Of a stretch of DNA of 64,000 nucleotides, positions 39,027-51,235 are shown in pieces. The position numbers and the translations under genes are program-made. Under the pieces are notes generated by a model. It was not told where the DNA came from, made no database searches, and saw nothing but the letters and a program-made list of their open reading frames with translations. The stretch is from Felis catus (lineage: Eukaryota): contig NC_058368.1 in assembly GCF_018350175.1 (NCBI RefSeq), positions 131,442,001 to 131,506,000 of the forward strand, in the 5' to 3' direction. Positions within the stretch are counted from its first letter, which is position 1; every line of letters begins with the position of its first letter.

Positions 39027-39225
39027 GGGCCTGGGTGGCTCAATCAGTTAAGTGTGCCACTCTTGTTTTTAGCTCAGGTCATGATCTCACAGTCATGCGA
39101 TTGAGCACCATGTCAGGCTCTGAGCTGAGTGTGGAGCCTGTTTGAGATTCTCTCCCTGCCTCTCCTTTTGCTCCTCCCCCACTCACACATGCATGCTCGC
39201 TCTCTCAAAAAAAAAAAAAAAAAAA
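39027..39225 (+). mobile_element. Can-SINE, older subfamily
   Basis: gcctgggtggctcaatcagttaag...gctcaggtcatgatctc and poly-A tail. Confidence 0.9.
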
Positions 39226-39284
39226 GTAGACATTTTCAGTAGAAAATGGAAGCTTTAAAAAACAATAAAAAAGACACTGTGGGA

Positions 39285-39500
39285 GGAGCCTGGGTGGCTC
39301 AGGTCATGGTCTCGCGGCTTGTGGGTTAGAGCCCCTCGTCGGGGTCTGTACTGACAGCTCAGAGCCTGGAGCCTGCTTTGGATTCTGTGTCTCCCTCTCT
39401 CTGCCCCTGCCCCTCCTTCCCTTTCCCTCCCCCACCGTCTCTCTCTCCCTCCCTCCCTCTCTATCTCTCAAAAATAAATAAATGTTAAAAAAAAAAAAAA
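39285..39500 (+). mobile_element. Can-SINE with internal head deletion
   Basis: Head reads gcctgggtggctcaggtcatgg; TSD aaaaaagacactg on both sides. Confidence 0.93.
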
Positions 39501-41269
39501 GACACTGGGAATGGACTATCACTAAGCCATATGTTATCAGTGGCCCAGGTCTCACAGTCATTGCCTTGGATGGGCATATTCTATTTTCCTTCCACTTCTG
39601 CTTCCTGCACTCAAATATAATGGGTGCCCTTGCATTCTATCTCAGAACCCAAGGAGGACCTTTTTAACCAATCCACTATACTCATTCTTTCTAACTTTTA
39701 TAGGTTTTATGATACAAACCTGGTATACTTCTTTGAGTTCTACTTCATCCATGCATCTGGGCTGATTAAGTGGCCTAAGAGATCAGTCTATAGCCTTAGT
39801 TCTGCATCTTAGTCTGTGTACAGATCCCAGATCCCAAGTTGAAGACAAGAGGAAGAAACAAGAAGCCCATTTTTCTTTAATCCAATTTATATAGCCCCGG
39901 ATTTATGAAATTGCCTGGCGATTGTATTAATGAAGCCATGTTGTATTTCTCATTTGGCTAGTGATCCATTCACCAGAATCTAGATAATATAATTTACAAA
40001 GCATAGCTTACTCATCTTCATCTTCACATACCTCCCCATAGAGGATCATCTACCTGAGTTTACCTCCTCCACACTTCTAAGTTAGGAAAGCAGTCAGAGC
40101 TTTGAAGTCAGGAATGCCACGTTGCAGAACCCCAAGAAGCACCTTTTATGTGGTTGTGTTTTGGAAGGGTGCTCCCTGGAGTTCTGCAGTGCACAGCATA
40201 AGTGGACATGTGTAGCCACTTCCTATCTTGTGTCTTTTCATGATAAACAGGGCTTATACTTACACTTATGGCTGCTTGACCCTTAGGACAGTCTCTCCAA
40301 TGAGAAAGATAACTATCCACGAGAGTATTTCATGCCTGTGTATACTTAAGCCTCCAAGCATAACTTTATTAAAAGGACCATAATAACCTAGAGAAAAATA
40401 AAGTAACAAGAAAGTGCTCATTAAATACAATTAATTTAAAATGTATTAATTGCTTAAGATGGATTGAAGAGATAGAATCTATAGTCTCAACAATTCCTTA
40501 ATGAATTTATGCTCACTGCTCAGCTATAAATGATTTGAAAAGTAGAATTTCTCTGTAAAATTGGGGCACATCCAACCAAGAACATTCATACCACCTGTCA
40601 TGACAGATGCAAAATAGAACAAATTATAAACAGTTTGCTTTTCCTCATATACGATTGTGTAACTATCTACCATTACTCATGTTTACTGACCAAAAGCCCT
40701 CCATGGTTCTTAAGTTATTTTAAGTGTATAGAAACCTTATAAACTTTATTTCAGACTAACAAAAATTCTGAAGTTATGGAAGGAATTTTTGTGTTTTTTT
40801 TCTTTTTGCAGAGTATTATATTTGCATAGACAAATATTTTTTTTTCAAAATGACATAAAATACCAACTTATAGGGGATTTTGTTTGTATCATGTATTGCA
40901 TGGAGAAAGTAAACTGCAAACTAGTAATACTCATTTCAGTCTGTCAAGTGAGCATTTAGCTTGATTATACTAATAAAAAAGAACTTGCAAAAGAGCTAAC
41001 CATCAGCATTCATAATCTTAACACAGAATTTCAGGAATTGGGCTATTTAAAATAGACCAACTACAAAATAAGACCATTATTATGAAACAGAACTTCTCAT
41101 CTAGGAAAATCCCCAGGTCGTCAACGGACTTGGACAGATGAAAAATACTTTTTTTGTGTGTGAAGGAAGAGAAGAGCTAAGGTTTTGCTTTGTTTTGGGA
41201 AGCAAAACAGTCTCTGGTACTAGTTTCTATTATATCCCACTATGACCTTGAACAAATCCTGCTGCCCTA

Positions 41270-41386
41270 GCCATTTCCCAGACTAATCAGAATCTCTGGA
41301 GATGGATCTTAAATATTGATATTTAAGGCTCCCCAGGAGAATCCAATGTGCAGCCAAAGCACCAAAGTTGAGGTCCATTGCTCTAG
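41270..41386. mobile_element. MER5-like hAT MITE fragment
   Basis: aatcagaatctctggag...ctccccaggagaatccaatgtgcagccaaag...gttgag is typical MER5 sequence. Confidence 0.7.
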
Positions 41387-43834
41387 AAACTGCCAGGACT
41401 TGTAGCTATATAGCAGTACCAACTTATGGACTCAGAATGGAAAGATATCTAAAAAGGTCCTTTTATTTATTTTCTGGCTTCCAAGCAGTAACATATTCAT
41501 AACATTATGAAGAGTAGATTAATTAGATGGCATACAGTGCTATAAATAAAGGAGATGAATGGTGTTTGTCTTACACTGAAATGACATTAACTCTGGCATA
41601 TTGTAGTGATAGTTTAATAGCCCATGGCAGCTGTCCATTTGTTTTTGATAGCAAATACAAACAACTGAAACTACAGTGCATATTAAAGAAATCTGCAAGT
41701 AATTGCACAAATTAGAGTTTAGCCAATATGTTGAGAGCATTTCTTTGAGGAAAATGCCATGGCATTTAGGGATACCATAAAGTAGTTGAATGCTTCCATA
41801 TTGTATCCAAGGCACTAAGTCTATTCGTTTGTTCATCTGTAAAAATACATATATATACATATATATGTTTAAAAAATATACTTGTTAAAAGATGAAATTG
41901 GGTTGAATTGGCTATCAAGGTAGTCTCAAATGAGAAAACAAATTCCTGAACGAGAAAAAAAAATTTCTAGAGACGTTCTAATTTGTTCCTTTGGGGACAT
42001 GATGAGTATGCGAATAATCTGAAGATAAGCTTGAAAGTTCCAGATCGCTTTTGCCAGCTGGTGAAACAACTGCCATGATTTACTATACCATAGGAGCTGT
42101 AGCTGCGTCTTTTATTTTGGCAGTGCACATGAAGTAGAAGGACTTACTTATTATGGCCTAAAATAGGTTAATATTAAATGAGAGATATACCTACAAATTT
42201 TAACAGTTATTAGAGTATTAGCTCATTACAATTAATAGGATAATATGAAAACATTGTAATGTTTCAGATTTATAATTGGATATTGAAAACTTTCAAATGC
42301 CTGAACAGATTAAAACTTCAAATTTTTCCTTTACCACAATCAGGTTCATGTTACAATTAACCAAAGCAGCTTGAGATATTTGAAACTGAAAAACTTCACA
42401 ACTGTAATGGTAGTGAAATAGTTTTTATTAGGCAAGTCCTCCTCTACATACATGCTTTAACTTTTCTAGGATTGCACTGAAATGATTCAGGGTTGGATGG
42501 AGATATTTTAGGTACTGTTTTGTGAATATTTCTCTTATCTTGGTAATACCATAGAGGTGCTTGCTGTATGATGTTATCACTTAAAATATATGCTCTCCTG
42601 CATATCTGATGGGCTGAAATACTTGATAGGTAGAGTGAATACAATGCAAGTTTGTCTATAAATTATAGATTTTATAGTAGGATCTGATAATCTAAAAAGA
42701 TTTGGTTTCTATTCTGTCATTTTTTTCATTATTACATTTAAATATCCTTTTCCCTAAAATAGAAAAGAGAGGAAATAATAATATGGCACAGGGACTGCTT
42801 TTTCTTTTGCTGCTTTTTCTGGTCTGCGAAAATGAAAGACTCTAAGGATAATTTCTCAAAATATGCCTAAATAAATTTAAAGAGACTGATTAAATAACTA
42901 GAAACTGAGTTCACTCCGAAATAGGTATTACACTTTCAGGTTTTTATTCTTCATTGCTCATGTGGTATGTCCTAAGAGTTCTCACAGAACAAAAAATAAT
43001 AAGGTTACTAGTTCATTTTTAAGAGAGCTTATACAAACATGTAGTGGCCAAATATGAAGCTTTTCAAGCTAATTTGGTTTGACTTCCTGTCAAATGGGTA
43101 CTGATTTGTCAGGAATACTAGCAGAGCCATGAAAAGGTAAGATGAATCAGAAGCAATAGTGCTTTTTCTAATTCTCATAAGGAAAATAATTTCCCAAGCA
43201 GATAAAACGTTTTCCCAAATTGAGTTTTCATTAAGTTAATGGAGTCTGACTTTGCTAAACATTTCCTATCAGGATGATCTTCAAAATATTTAACAACTAG
43301 TATTTCTATGTAAATCAAAAATTAGAAAATATATCCCTTTTTATTTGCTTAAGTGACCATACGTATTTATAAAACTGATTTACCGAATGATGTAACTCAT
43401 AGCATAAATAACCAAGTAATTCTAATTTATATTTGTAGGCTTAGAAATAATAATTGTTTGTACAATATAGATAGTGCTATTTAAATCATGCCCTGTCTGA
43501 ACTGTGATCTGAGAAGGTAACTTTAATAGCAAACTTTAGTTCTGAATTTAATCACCCATGGGTCATTTTCCTAACTCCTTATTTTGTTTCAAAAAGTTAG
43601 ATTGCCAAATGAGTGACCCCTCTAGTGTTTCTTACAAGGACTCCCATTGGTCATTTGGTCAGGACAGTTCCTCACTGTATAAGACTAAGTCAACACCACT
43701 GAACAGGACACCTGACCAGAAGTTGATCCTCACATTTATTATAACAGAAATGCCCTCAAATATTTCCAAATGTCCCCCAACATCACCCCATGGAGGCTAC
43801 ATCTAGATTCAAACAAGAAAGGTTGCTCTGTTTT

Positions 43835-44180
43835 CTTCAGCATTATTGACATTATTGACAAAAAACTATAAAATATTTAGGGTAAAATGTGATAATTTGA
43901 TAAATATATACATTGTGAAAGGATTCACAACCCACCAACAATTTATGCAGCCATCACCTCACCGGTTTTTTTTTCGATGAGAACATTTAAGTTCTACTCT
44001 CTTAGTAAATTTCAATTACACAATACAGTGTTAGCAACTGTAATTGCCATGTTATATATTAAATCTACAGACTTAATTCATTTTATAACAGAAAGTTTGT
44101 ACCCTTTTACCAGTCTCTCTCTGTTTCCCACACCCCTCAGCCCAGTGCAACCACTTTTATACTCTCTGTTTCTGTTTTAT
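43835..44180 (-). mobile_element. L1MA-like 3' end
   Basis: gagaacatttaagttctactctcttagtaaatttcaattacacaatacagtg and gaaagtttgtaccctt are L1MA 3' motifs. Confidence 0.8.
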
Positions 44181-44199
44181 TTTGGTGGGGTTTTTGGTT

Positions 44200-45334
44200 T
44201 TGATTTTTTTTTTAACTGAAGTATAGTTGACAAACAATGTAATGTTTGTTTTTGTAGACAGCATAGTGACTTCACAAGTTTCTATGTTATGCTGTGTTTA
44301 TCACAAGTGTAACTATCGTCTGTCACTGTACAACACTATTAGAGTACCACTGACTATATTCTCTATGTTGAATCTTTTATCCCTAAGAGTTGTTCATCCA
44401 TAACTGGAAGCCTGTATCTCCCATACCGTTTCACTGATTTTGCCCATCCTCCCACCCACTTCCCCTCTGGTAACCATCATTTTGTTCTCTTTATGTTCTA
44501 TTTATTCTCTCTACCTTTTATTTGATTTGTTAGATTCCACATATAAGTGCAATCATACGGGTTTTTTTTGTCTTTCTCTGTCTTATTTCACGTAGAATAC
44601 TACCCTCTAGGTTTGTTCATGTTGTCACAAATCACAAGATCTCATTTTTTATGAATATTACTATATTCCATACACACACACACACACACATGCATACATA
44701 CATACAATATCTTCTTTATTCATTCATCTATCCGTAGACACTTGGGTTGCTTCCGTATCTTGGCTGTTGTAAACACAGGGATTCATGAATCTTCTTGAAT
44801 TAGTGTTTTCCTTTTCTTTGGCTAAATACCCAGTAGTTGAATTATTGGATCATATGGTATTCCCAGTTTTTAATTTTTTGAGGAAACTATACTGCTTTCA
44901 ACAGTGGCTCTGACAGTTGACATTCATACCAATAGTACATGAGGTTCCTTTTTCTACACATTCTTGTCAACCCTTGCTACTTCTTGTCTTTAGCTATTCT
45001 GACATAGATGTAAGGTGATAACTCATTGTGGCTTTGATTTGCATTTCCCTAATGATTAGTGATGCTGAGCATCTTTTAATTTGTGTTTGCCACCTGTGTA
45101 TCTTCGTTGAAAAAAATATCTGTTAATGTCCTCCACCCTTTTTAAAGCGAATTTTTGGATTTTTGGTGTTGAGTTGTATACAGTTTTTTATACATGCTGA
45201 TATTAACCCCTCTCTGGATATATCACTTGCACTTATCCTTTCCCATTCATTAGCTTTCCTTTTTATTTTGTTGATGGTTTCCTTTGCTCTGCAAAAGCTT
45301 ATTATTTTCATGTATCCCAATAGTTGATTTTTGC
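44200..45334 (-). mobile_element. 5'-truncated L1 3' region (older carnivore/L1MA type)
   Basis: 3' UTR plus ORF2 peptide SFCRAKETINKIKRKANEWERI (45123-45320). Confidence 0.85.
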
Positions 45335-45966
45335 AAATGCAAATTGGTGCAGCCGCTCTGGAAAGCAGTGTGGAGGTTCCTCAGAAAATTAAAAATAGAC
45401 CTACCCTATGACCCAGCAATAGCACTGCTAGGAATTTATCCAAGGGATATAGGAGTACTGATGCATAGGGCCACTTGTACCCCAATGTTCATAGCAGCAC
45501 TCTCAACAATAGCCAAATTATGGAAAGAGCCTAAATGTCCATCAATTGATGAATGGATAAAGAAATTGTGGTTTATATACACAATGGAATATTACGTGGC
45601 AATGAGAAAAAATGAAATATGGCCTTTTGTAGCAACGTGGATGGAACTGGAGAGTGTGATGCTAAGTGAAATAAGCCATACAGAGAAAGACAGATACCAT
45701 ATGGTTTCACTCTTATGTGGATCCTGAGAAACTTAACAGGAACCCATGGGGGAGGGGAAGGAAAAAAAAAAAAAAAAAGAGGTTAGAGTGGGAGAGAGCC
45801 AAAGCATAAGAGACTGTTAAAAACTGAGAACAAACTGAGGGTTGATGGGGGGTGGGAGGGAGGAGAGGGTGGGTGATGGGTATTGAGGAGGGCACCTTTT
45901 GGGATGAGCACTGGGTGTTGTATGGAAACCAATTTGTCAATAAATTTCATATATAAAAAAAAAAAA
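45335..45966 (+). mobile_element. Young feline-type L1 (L1_Fc-like), 5'-truncated
   Basis: Uninterrupted ORF2 C-terminus [35 protein letters not shown]...KDRYHMVSLLCGS*, G-rich 3' UTR, AATAAA and poly-A. Confidence 0.95.
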
Positions 45967-46230
45967 GTACAAACTTGCAATGAATAGTAAATGAGCCATA
46001 CAAATCCAATACACAGCATAAGGAAAATAATCATCATCATCAAACTCTGTTAAGCATCTAAAAATTATCACAACCATTAAAAAAGATAATTATATAATAT
46101 TATAGAGGTGCTAAATACAACTGCAATTATATTACAATATATAAACATCAAATTAACACATTATACATCTTAAATTTACACGTTTTATATACATGTGTGT
46201 ACATCAAATATATTCAATTTAAAAAAAGTA
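45967..46230 (+). mobile_element. Old L1MA-like 3' end fragment
   Basis: gtacaaacttgc...aatacacagcat...tacatcttaaatttacac...aaatatattcaatttaaaaaa. Confidence 0.55.
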
Positions 46231-46254
46231 AAAAAAACTCAAGTTGAAGATAAA

Positions 46255-47078
46255 AAAAAGCAGTACTCAAAGGGAAATTTATAGCTATACAACTACATTT
46301 AAAAAAAAATGAAAGATCTCAAATCAGTAATACAATTTGGCATCTTGAAGAACTAGAAAACTAAGAGCAATATAAACCCAAAGCTAGCAGAAGGAAGCAA
46401 ACAGTAAATATTAGAATGGAGGTAAATGAAATACAGAATAGTAAAGCAATAGAGAATCAATAAAAAAAAAAGTGTGGTTCTAAATCAGAAGTGAAAATAG
46501 AGATATTACTACCAACCTTAGAGAAATAAAAAGGATTATGAGAATTTATAAGCAAGTGTATGCTAGGAAATTAGATAACTTGCTTGAAATGGACAAATTC
46601 ATAGAAACAAATTATCCAAACTCCCTCAAAGATTAATAGAAGAATCTCAACGGAATTATAACAAGTAAAGAAACTGAAGCTATAATCAAAACCATCTCAA
46701 CAAAGAAAAGTCTAGGACCAAATGACATTACTGTTATATCTACCAAAATTTGTAGAAGTAACATCAATCCTTCTGAAGCTGTTTTGGAAAAATGAAGAGA
46801 AGTGAACACTTTTCCATCTCATTCTGAGGCCAGCATTACCCAAATATGAAAACCAGGTAAAGACATCACAAGAAGAGTAGACCAGTATCTCATATAAATA
46901 TAGATGCAAAACTCCTCCAAAAAGTACTGGAAAAGTAATTACAGACTGTGACAAAATGGTATTTATCCTAGGAATATGGTTCAGTGATTCAAAGAAAATT
47001 AATGTAACATACCATATTAACAAAATGAAGGGGGGGGGAAATATTAACTTGATTGATGGATAAAAAGTGTTGGACATT
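46255..47078 (+). mobile_element. Old L1 (L1MB-like) ORF2, left part
   Basis: gggaaatttatagct, aacccaaagctagcagaagga, gaaatggacaaattc and gaggccagcattaccc are ORF2 motifs; continues at about 51236. Confidence 0.85.
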
Positions 47079-48344
47079 CTACTCTATTCAAGAGTAGAAC
47101 CCAGGGATTCATCACTTACATATAACAACTAGTGCTCATCCCAACAAGTGCCCTCCTTAATGCCTCCTTATATGCCATTATCCATATAGCCCATCCCCCA
47201 TCCAATACCCCTCCAGCAACCCTGAGTTCTCAATTTAAGGGTCTCGTATGTTCATCTGTTTTGTTTCTTAAATTCCACATATGAGTGAAATCATATGGTA
47301 TTTTTCTTTCTCTGGCTTACTTCACTTAGCATAATACACTCTCCTTCCATCCACATTGTTGCAAATGGCAAGATTTCATTCTTTTTGATTGCCAAGTAAT
47401 ATTCCATTGTGCATATACATGTATATATATAAATGTGTGTACACATATATATGTGTACACCTATATTTACATGTGTGTACCTGTGTACATGTATATGTGT
47501 GTATATTATATACGTATATACCACATCATCTTTATCCATTCATCAGTCGATGGACATTTGGGCTCTTTGCATAATTTGGCTATTCTTGATAGTGCTGCTA
47601 TAAACAGTGGAGTGTATTTTCCCCTTCAAATCAGCATTTTGAATCCTTCAGATAAATACCTAGTAGTACAGCTGCTGGGTTGTAGGGTAGTTCTATTTTT
47701 AATTCTTTGACGAACCACCATCTGTTTTCCATAGTGGCTGCACCAGCTTGCATTCCCACCAACAGTGCAAAAGGGCTCCCCTTTCTCCACATCCTTGCCA
47801 ACATCTGTTGTTTCCTGAGTTAATTTTAGCCATTCTGACAGGTATAAGGTGGTATCTCATGTCATAATCTCCAAGTCGGGGGCATAAATATTTACAATTG
47901 TTAGATCTTATTGATGGATATACCCCTTCATTATGATATAATGCCCTTCATCATCTCTTGTTACAGGCTTTGTTTTAAAATCTAGTTTGTCTGATATAAG
48001 CATGGTTACTCTGGCTTTCTTTTGACATCCATTAGCATGATAGATGGTTCACCATCTCCTACCTTACAATCTACAAGTGTCTTTAGGTCTAAAATGAGTC
48101 TCTTATAGGCAGCATATAGATGGATCTTATTTTTTTTATCCATTCTGATACCCTCTGTCTTTTGATAGGAGCATTTAGTCCATTTACATTCAGAGTGATT
48201 ATTGAAGATAAGAATTTAGTGCCATTGTGTTACCTGTAGAGTTGGTCTTGCTGGTGAACGTCTCTGGTCCTTTGTAGTCTTTGTTGCTTTGGAGTTTTTT
48301 TTTTCACTACGCAAACTGTCCTCCTTAAAATTTCTTTCAGGACT

Positions 48345-48540
48345 GGGGCTCCTGGGTGGCTCAGTCAAACATCCGACTCATGATTTTGGCTCAGGTCACG
48401 ATCTCAGAGTTCATGGGTTCGACCTCTGCGTCAGGCTCTGCGCTGACAGTGTGGAGCCTCCTTGGGATTTTGTCTCCTTCTCTCTCTCTGCCTCTCCATC
48501 ACTCACATACTCTCTCTCCGAAGTAAAAAACTTAAAAAAA
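48345..48540 (+). mobile_element. Can-SINE nested in L1
   Basis: ggggctcctgggtggctcagtc head; TSD-like aaaatttctt(t/g)cagg. Confidence 0.92.
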
Positions 48541-49190
48541 ATTTCTTGCAGGGCTAGTTTAGTGGGCACGAATTCCTTTAGTTTTTGTTTGTCTGGGAAA
48601 CACTATCTCGCCTTCTATTCTGAATGACAGCCTTGATGGATAAAGAATTCTTGGCTGCATATTTTTCCCATTCAGCACGTTGAATATTTCCTGCCACTCC
48701 CTTTTGGCCTGCCAAGTTTCAGTGGACAGGTCTGCTGCTAACCTTATGTGTGTCTACCCCTAGGTTAAGAATTTTTTTTGTCCCTGGCTGCTTTCAGTAT
48801 CCTCTATCTTTGTATTTTGAAAGTTTTACTATGATATGTCAAGGTGTTGACCTGTTTTTGTTGATTTTGATGGGAGTTCTCTGTGCTTCCTGGATTTGGA
48901 TGTCTGTTTCTTTCCCCAGATTAGGGAAGTTCTCAGCTATAATCTGTTCAAATAAACCTTCTGCCTCTTTTTCCCCCGCTCTTCTTTTGGGACTCCTAGG
49001 ATATGGATATTGTCTCATTTTATGGAATCATTAAATTCTCTAAGTCTCCCCTCATGATCTAATAGTTTCCTTTCCCTCTTCTTTTCAACTTCATTATTTT
49101 CTATAATTTTATCTTCTGTATCACCTCTTCTCTCCTCTCCAGTCCTCATTGTGACTGTATCTAGTCGGTTTTGCATCTCAGTTATAGCAT

Positions 49191-49408
49191 TTTTTTTTTA
49201 TTTTTTTAACGTTTATTTATTTTTGAGACAGAGAGAGACAGAGCATGAACAGGGGAGGGTCAGAGAGAGGGAGACACAGAATCTGAAACAGGCTCCAGGC
49301 TCTGAACTGTCAGCACAGAGCCCGACGCGGGGCTTGAACTCACGGACCACGAGATCATGACCTGAGCCAAAGTCGGCCGCTTAACCGACTGAGCCACCCA
49401 GGCACCCC
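49191..49408 (-). mobile_element. Young Can-SINE (SINEC_Fc) nested in L1 ORF1
   Basis: CpG-rich; TSD agttatagcatttttt on both sides. Confidence 0.96.
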
Positions 49409-51235
49409 TAGTTATAGCATTTTTTAATCCAGCCTGACTAGTTTCCAGGTCTTTAATCTCTATATCAAGGCTTTCTCTGGTGTTTTCTATGCTTTTTTCA
49501 AGCCCAGCTAGTAGTCTTATGACTGTTACTCTAAATTCTTGTTCAGATATATTACTTACATCTATTTTGAGCAAGTCCCTGGCTGTGATTTCTTCTTGAC
49601 CTTTCTTTTGGGGAGAATTCCTTTCTGTGTTTCCTGTACCTGAGAGGAATGCTGTATTAAAAAGGAGTCACAAACTGTCCAGGGTCTGGCACTTCAGGAA
49701 GTGTTTCTGGTGTATGCTGTGTGCACTCTGCTATTGCGTTTTGGCTGCTCTTTCCCACTGGTCCATCCTCTGCAGAGTTCTTCCTTGTTTGCAATGGGGA
49801 GTGTTCAGATGTTTTACTAGGTGTGCTTTGATTTGTTTGTTAAAATAAGCCTGGAAAAAAAGGGAGAAAAACTCTGATCCCAAAAAAAGAGAAAAGGATG
49901 GTAACAAAAAACAGAGAATCAAAAAACTTGAAGGCTAATTCCAAAGAAACAGAATAAAGAAGACTGATCCCCTCCAAAAAGAGAAAAGGAAATGAGAAAG
50001 ACAACAAACTATGAGCCTGATTTCAGACTAAAAAAGAAAAAAAAGTCAACCCAGTCCTATTTCCACCAGAAATGCAGGTGTCGTTTTGAAGCACTTGATT
50101 CTCAGTATACTTGGTGCGTGCAGGGTTCTGGCTCTGTGCTGGTGTTCTAGAAGAGAGGCCTGCTGTGTTGGCTCAGAGTCAGCCTTGCCCCAGTAAATAA
50201 GCAGTTGCCAGGCATGGGGAGGGCGGGGAGGGTTTGGTGTAAGCGAGTCGGGCTTCTGCATTGCTCTCTGAAGTCCCCCCATGTTGGTGTTGGGAGGAAA
50301 TAGCACCACCCCAATCTCTCATTCCTAGACCTCACCCCCGCTGCTGTTCGGCAGCCCTCACAGACTAACAAGGGCAGGCTGCTCACCCTGTGCCACAAGT
50401 CTGCGTTTTTTCTGTGGCATGCAGCTGGATTTTCAAAACTTGAAGTCTTAAAGGATGCACCCCCTTCTCTGACGCAGAGCCTCTTCACACTGTGGCTGAA
50501 GTCCTTTGTCCCTGAGCAACAGTCCCACACCTGCACAGTGTGCACGGTCTATGGGGTAGTAGCACTAAAAGCTGAAAAGTTTATATTTCCTCTGTGTGTG
50601 CCTATCCTCTGCTGATGAAAGGCTTTTTGCTGGTGCCTACAGGGTCTTTTGTCCTTGGGGAGGAAATAGACCCTCTTACAAAACTACTCCAAGAAGGGGA
50701 GTGTTCTCTCCCAGTGCACCCCGGAGATCTCTACACCCCACCAGTGCACTCCAGGGCCGCCAGTCCCTCCTCCCCAGGAGCACATGCCACAGCTCCACTC
50801 CCGAGAAAGTCAAAGTCACATACTTCCAAAACATCAGAGTTTGAGCTCCAAATGCTCATTGCAAAAACCCCTGCAACACTCAGTACTCCTTGCTCCCCAG
50901 TCCATGATCCAGAGAGGTTTTCCACTTGTGCAAACCCAGTGCTGCACTCTTTCAGTCTGTCTCCTCTTCTCTCCCTTTTGTCTCTCCGTGAAAGTGTTCC
51001 CTCCCCTCCACAGCACTGCTGATTTTCTCTCCCCCAGTTCACTTCCATGCACCTTGCACCTTCCATGTTCTCTCCCTCCAACCATGGAGCTCCTTCTCCC
51101 AGTCCACAGATCAATCTCCTGGATCTTCCAAGTGATCTTACCTCAATACAGCTGTGTTTGAGGAACTAGAAAAGCCCAGGGTCCCCCTGCTTCTCTGCCA
51201 TGTTAACGAACTCCTCCTCAAACATCTTTTTTTTA

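Larger units (their letters stand above)
47080..51220 (-). mobile_element. Carnivore L1 with 5' UTR, ORF1 and 3' region but a large ORF2 deletion (about 4.1 kb including two SINEs)
   Basis: ORF1 peptide ISEQEFRVTVIRLLAGLEKSIENTRESL (49260-49574); endonuclease-region sequence at 47861-48220 abuts the ORF2 C-terminal region; GC-richer 5' UTR at 49630-51220. Confidence 0.88.

Noticed and set aside
45284..45727. 147-aa ORF as a host gene
   Set aside because: It is the C-terminus of L1 ORF2 in a 5'-truncated insertion.
44200..45966. Twin-priming (5' inversion) of a single L1
   Set aside because: Both arms have their own 3' ends, overlap in L1 coordinates and differ greatly in divergence.
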